NCBI GenBank assembly: GCA_038240075.1
Contig: JBBSEC010000003.1
Span: forward strand, 5,753 to 69,752
Reading direction: 5' to 3'
From: Acidimicrobiia bacterium
GTDB lineage: Bacteria; Actinomycetota; Acidimicrobiia; IMCC26256; PALSA-610
Length of the DNA: 64,000 nucleotides
Positions within the stretch are counted from its first letter, which is position 1. Each line of letters opens with the position of its first letter. The notes beneath the pieces are model-generated. The model did no database searches and was not told the origin of the DNA. It saw only the letters and a list, made by a program, of their open reading frames with translations. The position numbers were made by a program, and so were the translations under genes. Shown piece by piece: positions 8,704 through 16,727 of the stretch.

Positions 8704-9189
8704 TCACGCGTCTGCGAGCTCGGGCGGGAAGCCGCCCGTCGCGATCGGTCCCCAGCGGGCGATGGTGATGCGCAGGAGCGACTTGTTCTGCCGCTGCATC
8801 GCCTCTCGGTATTCGGCCCAGTCGGGATGCTCGCCCGAGATCGACCGGAAGTACTCGACGAGGCCGTCGAGTGCCTCCGGCATGTCGAGCACCTCGGCGT
8901 GCCCGTCAACATGCACGTACTCGCCGTTCCAGTCGTCGGAGATCACGCAGACCGACACCGCCGGGTTTGCTCGCACGTTCGTGGCTTTGGCGCGCTGCGG
9001 GTAGGTCGAGATGACGATGCGACCTTCCGCGTCGACGCCGAACGTCACCGGGGAGAGCTGCGGCCGCCCGTCGCGCCTCGTCGTTGCGAGCACGCAGCGA
9101 GTGCGCGTCCGAACGAACTCGATCAGCTGCGCGCGCTCGACGCGCTGTGCCGTCGCGATCTTGCGCCCGGGAGGTCGCGGTTCCGTCAT
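8704..9189 (-). CDS. PPOX-class F420-dependent oxidoreductase-like protein
   Basis: 161 aa. CVLATTRRDGRPQLSPV...WGPIATGG pattern of the PPOX split-barrel class. Confidence 0.8.
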   Translation of the reverse strand: MTEPRPPGRKIATAQRVERAQLIEFVRTRTRCVLATTRRDGRPQLSPVTFGVDAEGRIVISTYPQRAKATNVRANPAVSVCVISDDWNGEYVHVDGHAEVLDMPEALDGLVEYFRSISGEHPDWAEYREAMQRQNKSLLRITIARWGPIATGGFPPELADA

Positions 9190-9213
9190 GCGCCCAGCCT
9201 GCCACGCAACCGC

Positions 9214-9996
9214 TTACGCGGTGCCTTCGACGAGGTAGCGGCGCCAGGGGCTGGCGAGGCGGTCAGCGAACGACATCTCGCGCCGCTCGACCGTGTCGAT
9301 GCCGTCGAGGTACTCACTGCGCACATCGTGCAACCCGGAGCGGAGGAACGCGTTGTGCGCGGGTTGGGGCGAACGCACCGCCATCAGCGGGAACGTCTCC
9401 GCACCGTTTCGCGAGTACACGGCCGTGCCGTGCTCACGAGGACCACCGAGCGCGTGCCGCAGCGCGCGGCCCACGACGGCGCCGGCGCGACCGCGCGTCG
9501 AGCCGCCCCACCACGTGCCGTCGATGGCGATCACCGCGCCGCCGGGTGCGGTGGCCCCGCGCCACGCGCGGAGCGCCACTTCGGGCTGCGGCATCGTCCA
9601 GAGCACGTGCCGGCTGACGACCGCGTCGAAGGTCTCGCCGTGGAGCGCCGCGAGATCGCCGACCCCGTCGGCCTCGGTCAGGACCGCGCGCCCGAGCACG
9701 AACCGAATGTCGTGGCCGGCATCGCGCGCGGCGTGCGATGCGGTGTCGAGCATCCCGGGTGCATTGTCGACGCCGGTGACGGCGTAGCCCATCTCGGCGA
9801 GCAGCAGGGCGAGGAACCCGGTGCCGGTCCCGATGTCGAGCACGCGTTTCGTGCCCGACGGCAGGACGCGATCGAGGAGGCCGCACCAGGCCGCCCGTTC
9901 GCGATCGGTGAAGAGACCGTGGCCGCGCAGGCCGTCGTAGGTCTTGGCCGCCCGGTCCCAGTGTTCGCGTACTGCGGAGGTCGTGTCAGTGGTCAT
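9214..9996 (-). CDS. class I SAM-dependent methyltransferase
   Basis: VLDIGTGTGFLALLLAEMGYAVTGVD motif I and post-I. Confidence 0.9.
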   Translation of the reverse strand: MTTDTTSAVREHWDRAAKTYDGLRGHGLFTDRERAAWCGLLDRVLPSGTKRVLDIGTGTGFLALLLAEMGYAVTGVDNAPGMLDTASHAARDAGHDIRFVLGRAVLTEADGVGDLAALHGETFDAVVSRHVLWTMPQPEVALRAWRGATAPGGAVIAIDGTWWGGSTRGRAGAVVGRALRHALGGPREHGTAVYSRNGAETFPLMAVRSPQPAHNAFLRSGLHDVRSEYLDGIDTVERREMSFADRLASPWRRYLVEGTA

Positions 9997-10055
9997 GCCG
10001 TCAGCCTGACGGACGCGGGGTCGCGGCGGAACCCGCCGACTGCCTCGGACTAGTC

Positions 10056-10076
10056 ATAGGCTTTGCCAATGGCTAT
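10056..10076 (+). promoter_or_regulatory. LysR-type T-N11-A-like box
   Basis: ATAGGCTTTGCCAATGGCTAT is an imperfect palindrome (ATAGGC/GGCTAT arms). It lies in the divergent spacer and abuts the lysR start. Confidence 0.3.
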
Positions 10077-10959
10077 GGAACTTACCGATCTGAGGGTCTT
10101 CCTCGCGGTCGCCGAGACCGGCAGCTTCACCCGGGCGGCCGGCGCGTTGGTGCTGACCCAGCCATCGGTCAGTGAGCGGGTGGCCGGACTCGAACGCGCG
10201 GTCGGCTCGCCCCTGTTCGACCGGACATCGCGGGGCGCGCGCCTTACCGTCCGCGGCGAGCAACTGGTGCCGTACGCGCGGCGCTGCGTCGCTATCGCCG
10301 ACGACGCGCTCGAAGCCGTGCGCTCCGAAGCCACGGTGCCCAGACTGCGCATCGCGGTTCATACGACGTACGCCCACCGCGCCGTGCCGTTCGTGCTCGA
10401 TGCCCTCGGCGACCTGCCCCGACGTATCAGCGTCCGCGACGCGCACTCGAACGAGGTGCAGGAGATGGTCCTCGACGACGCCGCCGACGTGGGGTTCGTG
10501 ATCCCCGACGCCGTCGCGCGCGGCCTGCACCGCGCCGATCTTCCCGCCGACGACATCGTCTGCGTCGCCGGCCCCGACCATCCGCTCGCCCGCCGCCGGC
10601 GCGTCAGCCTCGGCGACGTTGCCACGGCCCTGGTCGCCGTCAGCCTCTGGGGCCCCGACGCGTTGGTTCTCGTCGACCTGCTCGAAGCGGCCGGGCTCCC
10701 TCCGACGTCGCTGCGGCTCATCACCGATTCGGGGATCGCGGGGTTGCTCGCCCGCGATCATGGGCACGTCGCGGTGGTGACGGCCACCGCCGTCGCCCAC
10801 GACCTCGAGCACGGCGCGCTGAGCGTGCTTCGGGTCACCGGGCTGCCGCGCTGGCGGGTGCCGCTCGCCCTCGTCGTCCGGAGCCGGGGTGTCGACGAGC
10901 CCGCAGTGGCCCGGCTGCTGCTCCGTGCGAAGTTTCGCGCCCCCCGGCACGCCCACTAA
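10075..10959 (+). CDS. LysR family transcriptional regulator
   Basis: MELTDLRVFLAVAETGSFTRAAGALVLTQPSVSERV wHTH. The track ORF starts at 10063 (TTG). ATG 10075 gives the canonical N-terminus. Confidence 0.9.
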   Translation: MELTDLRVFLAVAETGSFTRAAGALVLTQPSVSERVAGLERAVGSPLFDRTSRGARLTVRGEQLVPYARRCVAIADDALEAVRSEATVPRLRIAVHTTYAHRAVPFVLDALGDLPRRISVRDAHSNEVQEMVLDDAADVGFVIPDAVARGLHRADLPADDIVCVAGPDHPLARRRRVSLGDVATALVAVSLWGPDALVLVDLLEAAGLPPTSLRLITDSGIAGLLARDHGHVAVVTATAVAHDLEHGALSVLRVTGLPRWRVPLALVVRSRGVDEPAVARLLLRAKFRAPRHAH

Positions 10960-10994
10960 CGTCCGCATGGCAGATTCCGGCAGAGGAGTGGACC

Positions 10995-12443
10995 GTGCTC
11001 GAGTACCAGCAGCTGTTCATCGGTGGCGAGTGGGTCGACCCCGCCGGCAAGGCCACCATCGACGTCATCTCGCCCCACTCCGAGGAGCTCGTCGGACGCT
11101 GCCCCGAGGGCACGACTGCCGACATGGACCGCGCCGTCGCCGCGGCGCGCACCACCTTCGACGACGGCACGTGGAGCCTGGCCGCTCCGGCCGACCGCAT
11201 CGCGGTGGTCACCAAGTTCGCCGAGCTCTATGCCGCGAACATGATGGAGCTCGCCGGCGTCATCACCACCGAGATGGGCTCGCCGATCTCGTTCTCGCAG
11301 CTCGCGCAGACACCCGCACCGTGGTTGATGTTGAACTCCTTCATCGGCGTCGCGTCCGAGTACCCGTGGGAAGAGCGGCGCGCGGGCACGCTGGCTCCCG
11401 AGGTCCTCGTACGTCACGAGGGCACCGGTGTGGTCGCGGCCATCGTTCCGTGGAACGTGCCGCAGTTCGTCACGATGGCGAAGCTCGCGCCCGCGTTGCT
11501 CGCCGGCTGCTCGATCGTCATCAAGCCCGCACCCGAGACCCCGCTCGACGCGCTGTTCGTCTGCAACCTCCTCGAGGAAGCCGGCGTGCCCAAGGGTGTC
11601 GTGAGCGTGGTTCCCGCCGGCCGTGAGGTCGGTGAGCACCTCGTGCGCCACCCCGGTGTCGACAAGGTCGCGTTCACCGGCTCGACCGCGGCCGGTCGCA
11701 AGATCGCGGCGATCTGCGGTGAGCAGCTCAAGCGCGTCAGCCTCGAGCTCGGCGGCAAGTCGGCGGCCATCATCCTCGACGACGCGGATCTCGCCGCGAC
11801 GGTCGAGGGCCTGAAGTTCGCGTCGCTGATGAACAACGGTCAGGCGTGCGTCGCGCAGACCCGCATCCTCGCTTCGAACAAGCGTTACGACGAGGTCGTC
11901 GAGGCGCTCTCGGCGATGGTCGGCGGGCTCAAGGTCGGCGACCCGGCCGACGCGACCACCGAGATCGGGCCGCTCGTGGCCGAGCGTCAGCAGGAGCGGG
12001 TCGAGAAGTACATCGCGCTCGGTCAGGAAGAGGGCGCGCGCGTCGCGGTCGGCGGCAACGGCCGCCCAGACGGCACCGAAAAGGGCTGGTACGTGCGGCC
12101 CACCGTCTTCGCCGGCGTCGACAACAGCATGCGGATCGCGCGTGAGGAGATCTTCGGTCCCGTGATCGCGGTGATCCCCTACGACGACGAGAAGCAGGCG
12201 GTGCAGATCGCCAACGACAGCGAGTACGGCCTCGCCGGCTCGGTGTGGACGGCCGACATGGGCAAGGGCATGGACATCGCCCGCCGCGTGCGCGCCGGAA
12301 CCTTCGGTGTGAACCAGTACACGATGGACTTCATCGCACCGTTTGGCGGCTACAAGGCGTCGGGCATCGGCCGTGAGTTCGGTCGCGAGGGTCTCGAGGA
12401 GTACCTCGAGCTCAAGTCCATCGTCGCCCCTCCCGGCGCGTAG
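10995..12443 (+). CDS. NAD(P)-dependent aldehyde dehydrogenase
   Basis: 482 aa. FTGSTAAGRKI, ELGGKSA and NNGQACVAQTR (catalytic Cys) motifs. Confidence 0.95.
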   Translation: MLEYQQLFIGGEWVDPAGKATIDVISPHSEELVGRCPEGTTADMDRAVAAARTTFDDGTWSLAAPADRIAVVTKFAELYAANMMELAGVITTEMGSPISFSQLAQTPAPWLMLNSFIGVASEYPWEERRAGTLAPEVLVRHEGTGVVAAIVPWNVPQFVTMAKLAPALLAGCSIVIKPAPETPLDALFVCNLLEEAGVPKGVVSVVPAGREVGEHLVRHPGVDKVAFTGSTAAGRKIAAICGEQLKRVSLELGGKSAAIILDDADLAATVEGLKFASLMNNGQACVAQTRILASNKRYDEVVEALSAMVGGLKVGDPADATTEIGPLVAERQQERVEKYIALGQEEGARVAVGGNGRPDGTEKGWYVRPTVFAGVDNSMRIAREEIFGPVIAVIPYDDEKQAVQIANDSEYGLAGSVWTADMGKGMDIARRVRAGTFGVNQYTMDFIAPFGGYKASGIGREFGREGLEEYLELKSIVAPPGA

Positions 12444-12577
12444 GAGCAGGCGCAACCGCGGTGACCAGTGCAACGCACGACGGTGAAGCGCCCGCGCATG
12501 CGACCGGCCAAACAGGAGCAGGCGCAACCGCGGTGACCAGTGCAACGCACGACGGTGAAGCGCCCGCGCATGCGACC
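12443..12577 (+). repeat. family-1 intergenic module, two perfect tandem copies (C1 12443-12505, C2 12515-12577)
   Basis: An identical 63-nt unit occurs twice, 72-nt period. It spans from the last base of the ALDH TAG to the base before the P450 ATG. Confidence 0.85.
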
Positions 12578-13750
12578 ATGAATTACGACCCGTACGACTA
12601 CGCGATCGACGCGGATCCGCATCCGGTCTGGAAGCGGATGCGCGACGACGCGCCCGTCTACTGGAACGAGCAGTACCAGTTCTGGGCGTTGAGCCGCTTC
12701 GCCGACGTCTACGAGGCGTCGCGCGACATCGAGACGTTCAGCTCGGCGCGCGGCACGGTGCTCGAGTTGATCGATCACCCGATCGAGGCGTTCGCGCCGA
12801 TGATCTTCCAGGATCCGCCGTATCACACGGTGCTGCGGGCGCTGGTGAGTCGGGCGTTCACGCCGCGTCGCATCGCGTCGCTCGAGGCTCGCATTCGCGA
12901 GCTGGTCGCCGAATACCTCGACCCGTGGATCGGTGCCGGCGAGTTCGACTTCGTGCAGGAGTTCGCGGCGAAGTTGCCCGCGATGGTGATCGGCTCGTTG
13001 CTCGGTGTCCCGGAGGGCGATCAGGACACCGTTCGCCGCCAGACCGACGAGATGCTGCACATCGAGCCGGGCGAAACGATGACCGACAAACGCGAGGTCA
13101 TGGACCTCTACGGCTACTGGTTCGAGCTGATCAAGGAGCGCCGCGCCCAACCGCGCGACGACATGATCAGCGCGCTGCTGGCGTCGGAGATGATCGGCGA
13201 CGACGGTGAGCCCCGCCGCCTCGACGACATGGAGCTGCTCGCGTTCATCGGCCTGCTCTCGGGCGCCGGCAACGAGACGGTTGCGCGCCTCTTGAGCTGG
13301 GCCGCGGTGCTGCTCGCGCGTCACCCCGACCAGCGCGCGCAGCTCGTCGCCGATCCTGCGGGTCTGCTCCCGAACGCGGTCGAGGAGCTCCTGCGCTACG
13401 AGGCACCGTCGCCGATCCAGGCCCGCTGGGTGACCCGCCCCGTCGAGCTGCACGGAGTTTCGATCCCGGCCGAGTGCAAGATCGCGCTGCTCACGGGCAG
13501 CGCCGGGCGCGACGAACGCGAGTACCCCGACGCCGATCGCTTCGACGTGCGCCGAACCTTCAGCCGGCACGCGTCGTTCGGTTACGGACCGCACTTCTGT
13601 CTCGGCGCGGCGCTCGCGCGGCTCGAAGCCCGCGTCGCGCTCGAGGAGACGCTGGCCCGCTTCCCGACCTGGGACATCGACGAGTCAGGGCTGCGCTGGG
13701 TGCACACCAGCACCGTGCGCGGCTACGAAACGGTGCCCTTCAGCGGCTGA
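12578..13750 (+). CDS. cytochrome P450
   Basis: MNYDPYDYAIDADPHPVW start and FGYGPHFCLGAALARLE heme loop. The track ORF starts at 12461 only because the repeat is in frame. Confidence 0.9.
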   Translation: MNYDPYDYAIDADPHPVWKRMRDDAPVYWNEQYQFWALSRFADVYEASRDIETFSSARGTVLELIDHPIEAFAPMIFQDPPYHTVLRALVSRAFTPRRIASLEARIRELVAEYLDPWIGAGEFDFVQEFAAKLPAMVIGSLLGVPEGDQDTVRRQTDEMLHIEPGETMTDKREVMDLYGYWFELIKERRAQPRDDMISALLASEMIGDDGEPRRLDDMELLAFIGLLSGAGNETVARLLSWAAVLLARHPDQRAQLVADPAGLLPNAVEELLRYEAPSPIQARWVTRPVELHGVSIPAECKIALLTGSAGRDEREYPDADRFDVRRTFSRHASFGYGPHFCLGAALARLEARVALEETLARFPTWDIDESGLRWVHTSTVRGYETVPFSG

Positions 13751-14711
13751 GGTCCTGCTCGATCCCGTTCAGCAGGCGTGCGAGGTTGCGGTCGAAGCGC
13801 GTCGGATCGTTGGCGTGCTTCTGCATCTTCGCCCACAGCTGCTCGAGTTTCTCAACCTTGGTCAGCTCGGCGAGCTGCGGATAATCGCCCGTGGCGACGA
13901 GCTCTTCGACATAGGCGATCATCTCGGTCTCGTTGTCCGCAGTGTCGTCATGGAAGTCGCTGCGTTCGTGGACGCAGAAGCCCAGCACGTATTCATCGAC
14001 CGCGGTGATGACGTCGAGCTTGTCGGTGAAGGTGCCCGGCAGCGAAGCGACCGCCTGCAGCGACTGGTCGAAGTGACGCACGCTGTTCGGCCCGAGTGCC
14101 GGGTCGGCGACGACGTCGAGGATCCACGGGTGACGGCGCAATGAATCGCGCGAGCGCCGGGCGATGATCGTCACCGCCGCACGCCAGTCGTCGGGGAGCG
14201 GCTCGTCAGGGGGAACCACGACTTCTTGCATCACCGCGTCGGTCACCAACGCGAGCAGCTCGTCCTTCGTGCGCACGTAGTGGTAGAGCGTCATCGTTCC
14301 CGCGCCGAGCTCGGTCGCGATCCGCCGCATCGACACCGCTTCGAGACCCTCGGCGTCGGCGATACCGAGCGCGACCGTTGCGATCTCCTCGCGCGTGAAG
14401 CGGGGCCGGCGCCGGCCGGGCTCGATACGCGTCCACACGTCGAGCGCGTCGAGGCGCTCCGTCAACCGGTCGAGATGCTCGGCGTGATGCGCGGCCTTGT
14501 GCGCGATCTTGTCGGCCTGGCGCTGCGCCTTCTCCGCGATCTTCTCCGTCACGGTGTCGACGACGAACTGCCGCAAGGCTTCGCTGAACTCTGCTTCCGC
14601 GTTGGGGGCGTCGGTTCCGCCGCCCTTCGCGAACTGGTCGTAGGTCGGGCGGCGTGGAGCCCTCGGTGGGCGAGGGGCCCGTCTGCGACCGCCCGGATTT
14701 TCGGTTGCCAT
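13740..14711 (-). CDS. TetR family transcriptional regulator with long N-terminal extension
   Basis: ATG at 14711-14709 (MATENPGG...). HTH REEIATVALGIADAEGLEAVSMRRIATELGAGTMTLYHYVRTKDEL. It is part of the long shadow ORF 13740..15674. Confidence 0.9.
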   Translation of the reverse strand: MATENPGGRRRAPRPPRAPRRPTYDQFAKGGGTDAPNAEAEFSEALRQFVVDTVTEKIAEKAQRQADKIAHKAAHHAEHLDRLTERLDALDVWTRIEPGRRRPRFTREEIATVALGIADAEGLEAVSMRRIATELGAGTMTLYHYVRTKDELLALVTDAVMQEVVVPPDEPLPDDWRAAVTIIARRSRDSLRRHPWILDVVADPALGPNSVRHFDQSLQAVASLPGTFTDKLDVITAVDEYVLGFCVHERSDFHDDTADNETEMIAYVEELVATGDYPQLAELTKVEKLEQLWAKMQKHANDPTRFDRNLARLLNGIEQDLSR

Positions 14712-14719
14712 GTCGTACA

Positions 14720-14765
14720 GTGTACTGCTATCCTTCTTCGTATGACGTACGAACAAGCAGTACAC
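14720..14765. promoter_or_regulatory. nested inverted repeat, probable TetR operator in the tetR/ABC divergent promoter region
   Basis: GTGTACTGCT (14720-14729) and AGCAGTACAC (14756-14765) are perfect reverse complements. The inner pair is TTCGTA/TACGAA (14737-14742 and 14748-14753). Confidence 0.5.
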
Positions 14766-14798
14766 CCTACGAATGCCCTGCTCGACCGGGAGACCGGT

Positions 14799-15770
14799 GT
14801 GCAGGCACGCGGCCTCGGGAAGCGCTTCGGCGACCTGTGGGCCCTGCGGGGTCTCGATCTCGACGTTCCCAAGGGCACCGTGCTCGGGCTGCTCGGCCAC
14901 AACGGTGCCGGCAAGACCACGGCGTTGCGCATGCTGACCACGATCTCGACGCCGACCGAGGGCAGCGCATCGGTCGCCGGCTTCGACGTCGTCGCCGATC
15001 CGCTCGAGGTCCGCCGCCGCATCGGCGTGGCCGCGCAGGAGGCCACCGTCGACGGCCTGATGAGCGCCCGCCTCAACCTCGAGCTGCTCGGGCGCCTGCA
15101 CCACCGCTCGAAGGCCGACGCCCGCCGCCGCGCCGACGACCTGCTCGAGCAGCTCGGTCTCGCGTCCGAGGCCTCCGATCTCGTGAAGACCTTCTCCGGA
15201 GGCATGCGCCGGCGCCTCGATCTCGCGGCGAGCCTCGTCGGTCACCCCGAGGTGCTCTTCCTCGACGAGCCGACCACGGGCCTCGACCCGCGCGGCCGCA
15301 ACGACCTCTGGCACCTGCTGCGCGAGCTCGTCTCCGACGGCACCACGCTGATCCTCACGACGCAGTATCTCGAAGAGGCCGATCGCCTCGCCGACAACAT
15401 CGTGGTGCTCGACCGCGGGCACGCGGTCGCACAGGGAACGCCCGACGAGTTGAAGGCCCGCATCGGCAACGACCGCATCGACGTGAAAGTGTCGGCTGCG
15501 TCCGAGTTGGCCGCGGCGGCGGGCGCGTTGTCGAGGTTCGCGGCCAACGACCCGACCTTCGACGAAGACGCGCTCATCGTCACCGCGCCGATCGCGGAGG
15601 GCACGCGCGTCATCGACGTCGTGCGCGCGCTCGACGAAGCCGGCATCGACGCCGTCGACCTCAACCGTCGTCAAGCCAGCCTCGACGACGTCTTCCTCAC
15701 CCTCACCGGTTCCGACGCGCGGCTCGCGCGCCAGTCCGGCGACCGTCCCCCCGAAGAGGTGTCCGCATGA
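14799..15770 (+). CDS. ABC transporter ATP-binding protein (DrrA-like)
   Basis: Walker A GHNGAGKTT, signature FSGGMRRR, Walker B LFLDEPTTGLD. GTG 14799 follows GGGAGA. An in-frame ATG at 14742 is an alternative start but lies inside the operator. Confidence 0.9.
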   Translation: MQARGLGKRFGDLWALRGLDLDVPKGTVLGLLGHNGAGKTTALRMLTTISTPTEGSASVAGFDVVADPLEVRRRIGVAAQEATVDGLMSARLNLELLGRLHHRSKADARRRADDLLEQLGLASEASDLVKTFSGGMRRRLDLAASLVGHPEVLFLDEPTTGLDPRGRNDLWHLLRELVSDGTTLILTTQYLEEADRLADNIVVLDRGHAVAQGTPDELKARIGNDRIDVKVSAASELAAAAGALSRFAANDPTFDEDALIVTAPIAEGTRVIDVVRALDEAGIDAVDLNRRQASLDDVFLTLTGSDARLARQSGDRPPEEVSA

Positions 15771-16633
15771 CCATCACCATCGAACCAATCGCGGTCCGGG
15801 AGTCGGATCCGGCTCGCGACCCCCGCGAGTACCGCGGTGGATGGCGCACCACCTGGCGCGACTCGCTGGTGTTCGCGCGGCGCAACCTCGAGCACATCCG
15901 TCAGATCCCCGAGAAGCTGCTCGACGTCACCGGTCAGCCGTTGATGTTCGTGCTGTTGTTCGCGTACGTGTTCGGCGGCGCCATCAAGGTGGGCGGGGGC
16001 AACTACCGCGAGTACCTCATCGGCGGGATCCTCATCCAGTCGCTCACGTTCGGGCTCGTCGGCCCCGCTACCGCGATCGCGACCGATCTCACCGAGGGAG
16101 TGATCGACCGCTTCCGCTCACTGCCCGCCACCCGCATGGCGTATCTCCTCGGTCACTACCTCGCCGAGCTTGCGGGCATGGTGCTGTCGATCCTCGTGCT
16201 CCTCGGCACCGGGCTCGTCGTCGGATGGCGTCCGCACACGAGCATCGTCGAGTTCGTTGCCGCGATCTTGCTGCTACTCGTGTTCGCGTCCGCGATGATC
16301 TGGGTCGGGACGTGGATCGGCTTGATGGTCCGTTCGCCCGATGCGGTGATGGGCGTTGCGTTCATGCTCGTGTTCCCATTGACGTTCCTGAGCAGCGCGT
16401 TCGTCCCGATCAACTCGCTGCCGAACGTGCTCCAGTGGATCGCGACCATCAACCCGGTGAGCGTGCTGGTCGCCGCCGTGCGCACGCTGTTCGGCAACCC
16501 GATCGCGCCCATCACAAAGCACGTGTGGCCCATCGACCACCCCGTTCCTGCGGCGTGTCTCTACTGCCTCATCGTGCTCGCGATCGCGGTGCCCGGCGCC
16601 CTCCGCCGCTACCGCGCCCGCACCTCCGACTGA
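15767..16633 (+). CDS. ABC-2 type transporter permease
   Basis: ATGA overlap with the ATPase. About 6 hydrophobic segments. Part of track ORF 14654..16633. Confidence 0.9.
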   Translation: MTITIEPIAVRESDPARDPREYRGGWRTTWRDSLVFARRNLEHIRQIPEKLLDVTGQPLMFVLLFAYVFGGAIKVGGGNYREYLIGGILIQSLTFGLVGPATAIATDLTEGVIDRFRSLPATRMAYLLGHYLAELAGMVLSILVLLGTGLVVGWRPHTSIVEFVAAILLLLVFASAMIWVGTWIGLMVRSPDAVMGVAFMLVFPLTFLSSAFVPINSLPNVLQWIATINPVSVLVAAVRTLFGNPIAPITKHVWPIDHPVPAACLYCLIVLAIAVPGALRRYRARTSD

Positions 16634-16669
16634 CCCGCTTCCGCGCGGCGAGCCCCCCCGCCCACGTCC

Positions 16670-16715
16670 TTGGTACTGCACCTATGTCGTATGCGTCATA
16701 GGTGCAGTACCAGGG
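16670..16715. repeat. family-2 palindromic element, copy 1 (perfect 16-bp stem hairpin)
   Basis: TGGTACTGCACCTATG (16671-16686) pairs with CATAGGTGCAGTACCA (16697-16712), loop of 10 nt. It lies between convergent gene ends. There is a near-identical copy at 32037-32082. Confidence 0.75.
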
Positions 16716-16727
16716 CGTGCGGTTCCC

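Noticed and set aside
12443-12577. The tandem repeat considered as a mini CRISPR array.
   Set aside because: There are only two units with a 9-nt gap and no spacer-sized unique segments. No cas genes are in the window. The same unit occurs singly elsewhere, fitted between genes.
12461-12577. The repeated peptide VTSATHDGEAPAHAT considered as a RiPP precursor or core-peptide repeat.
   Set aside because: No maturase, protease or dedicated transporter genes are adjacent. The copies are scattered in front of unrelated genes. One copy lacks a start codon and one is frameshifted.
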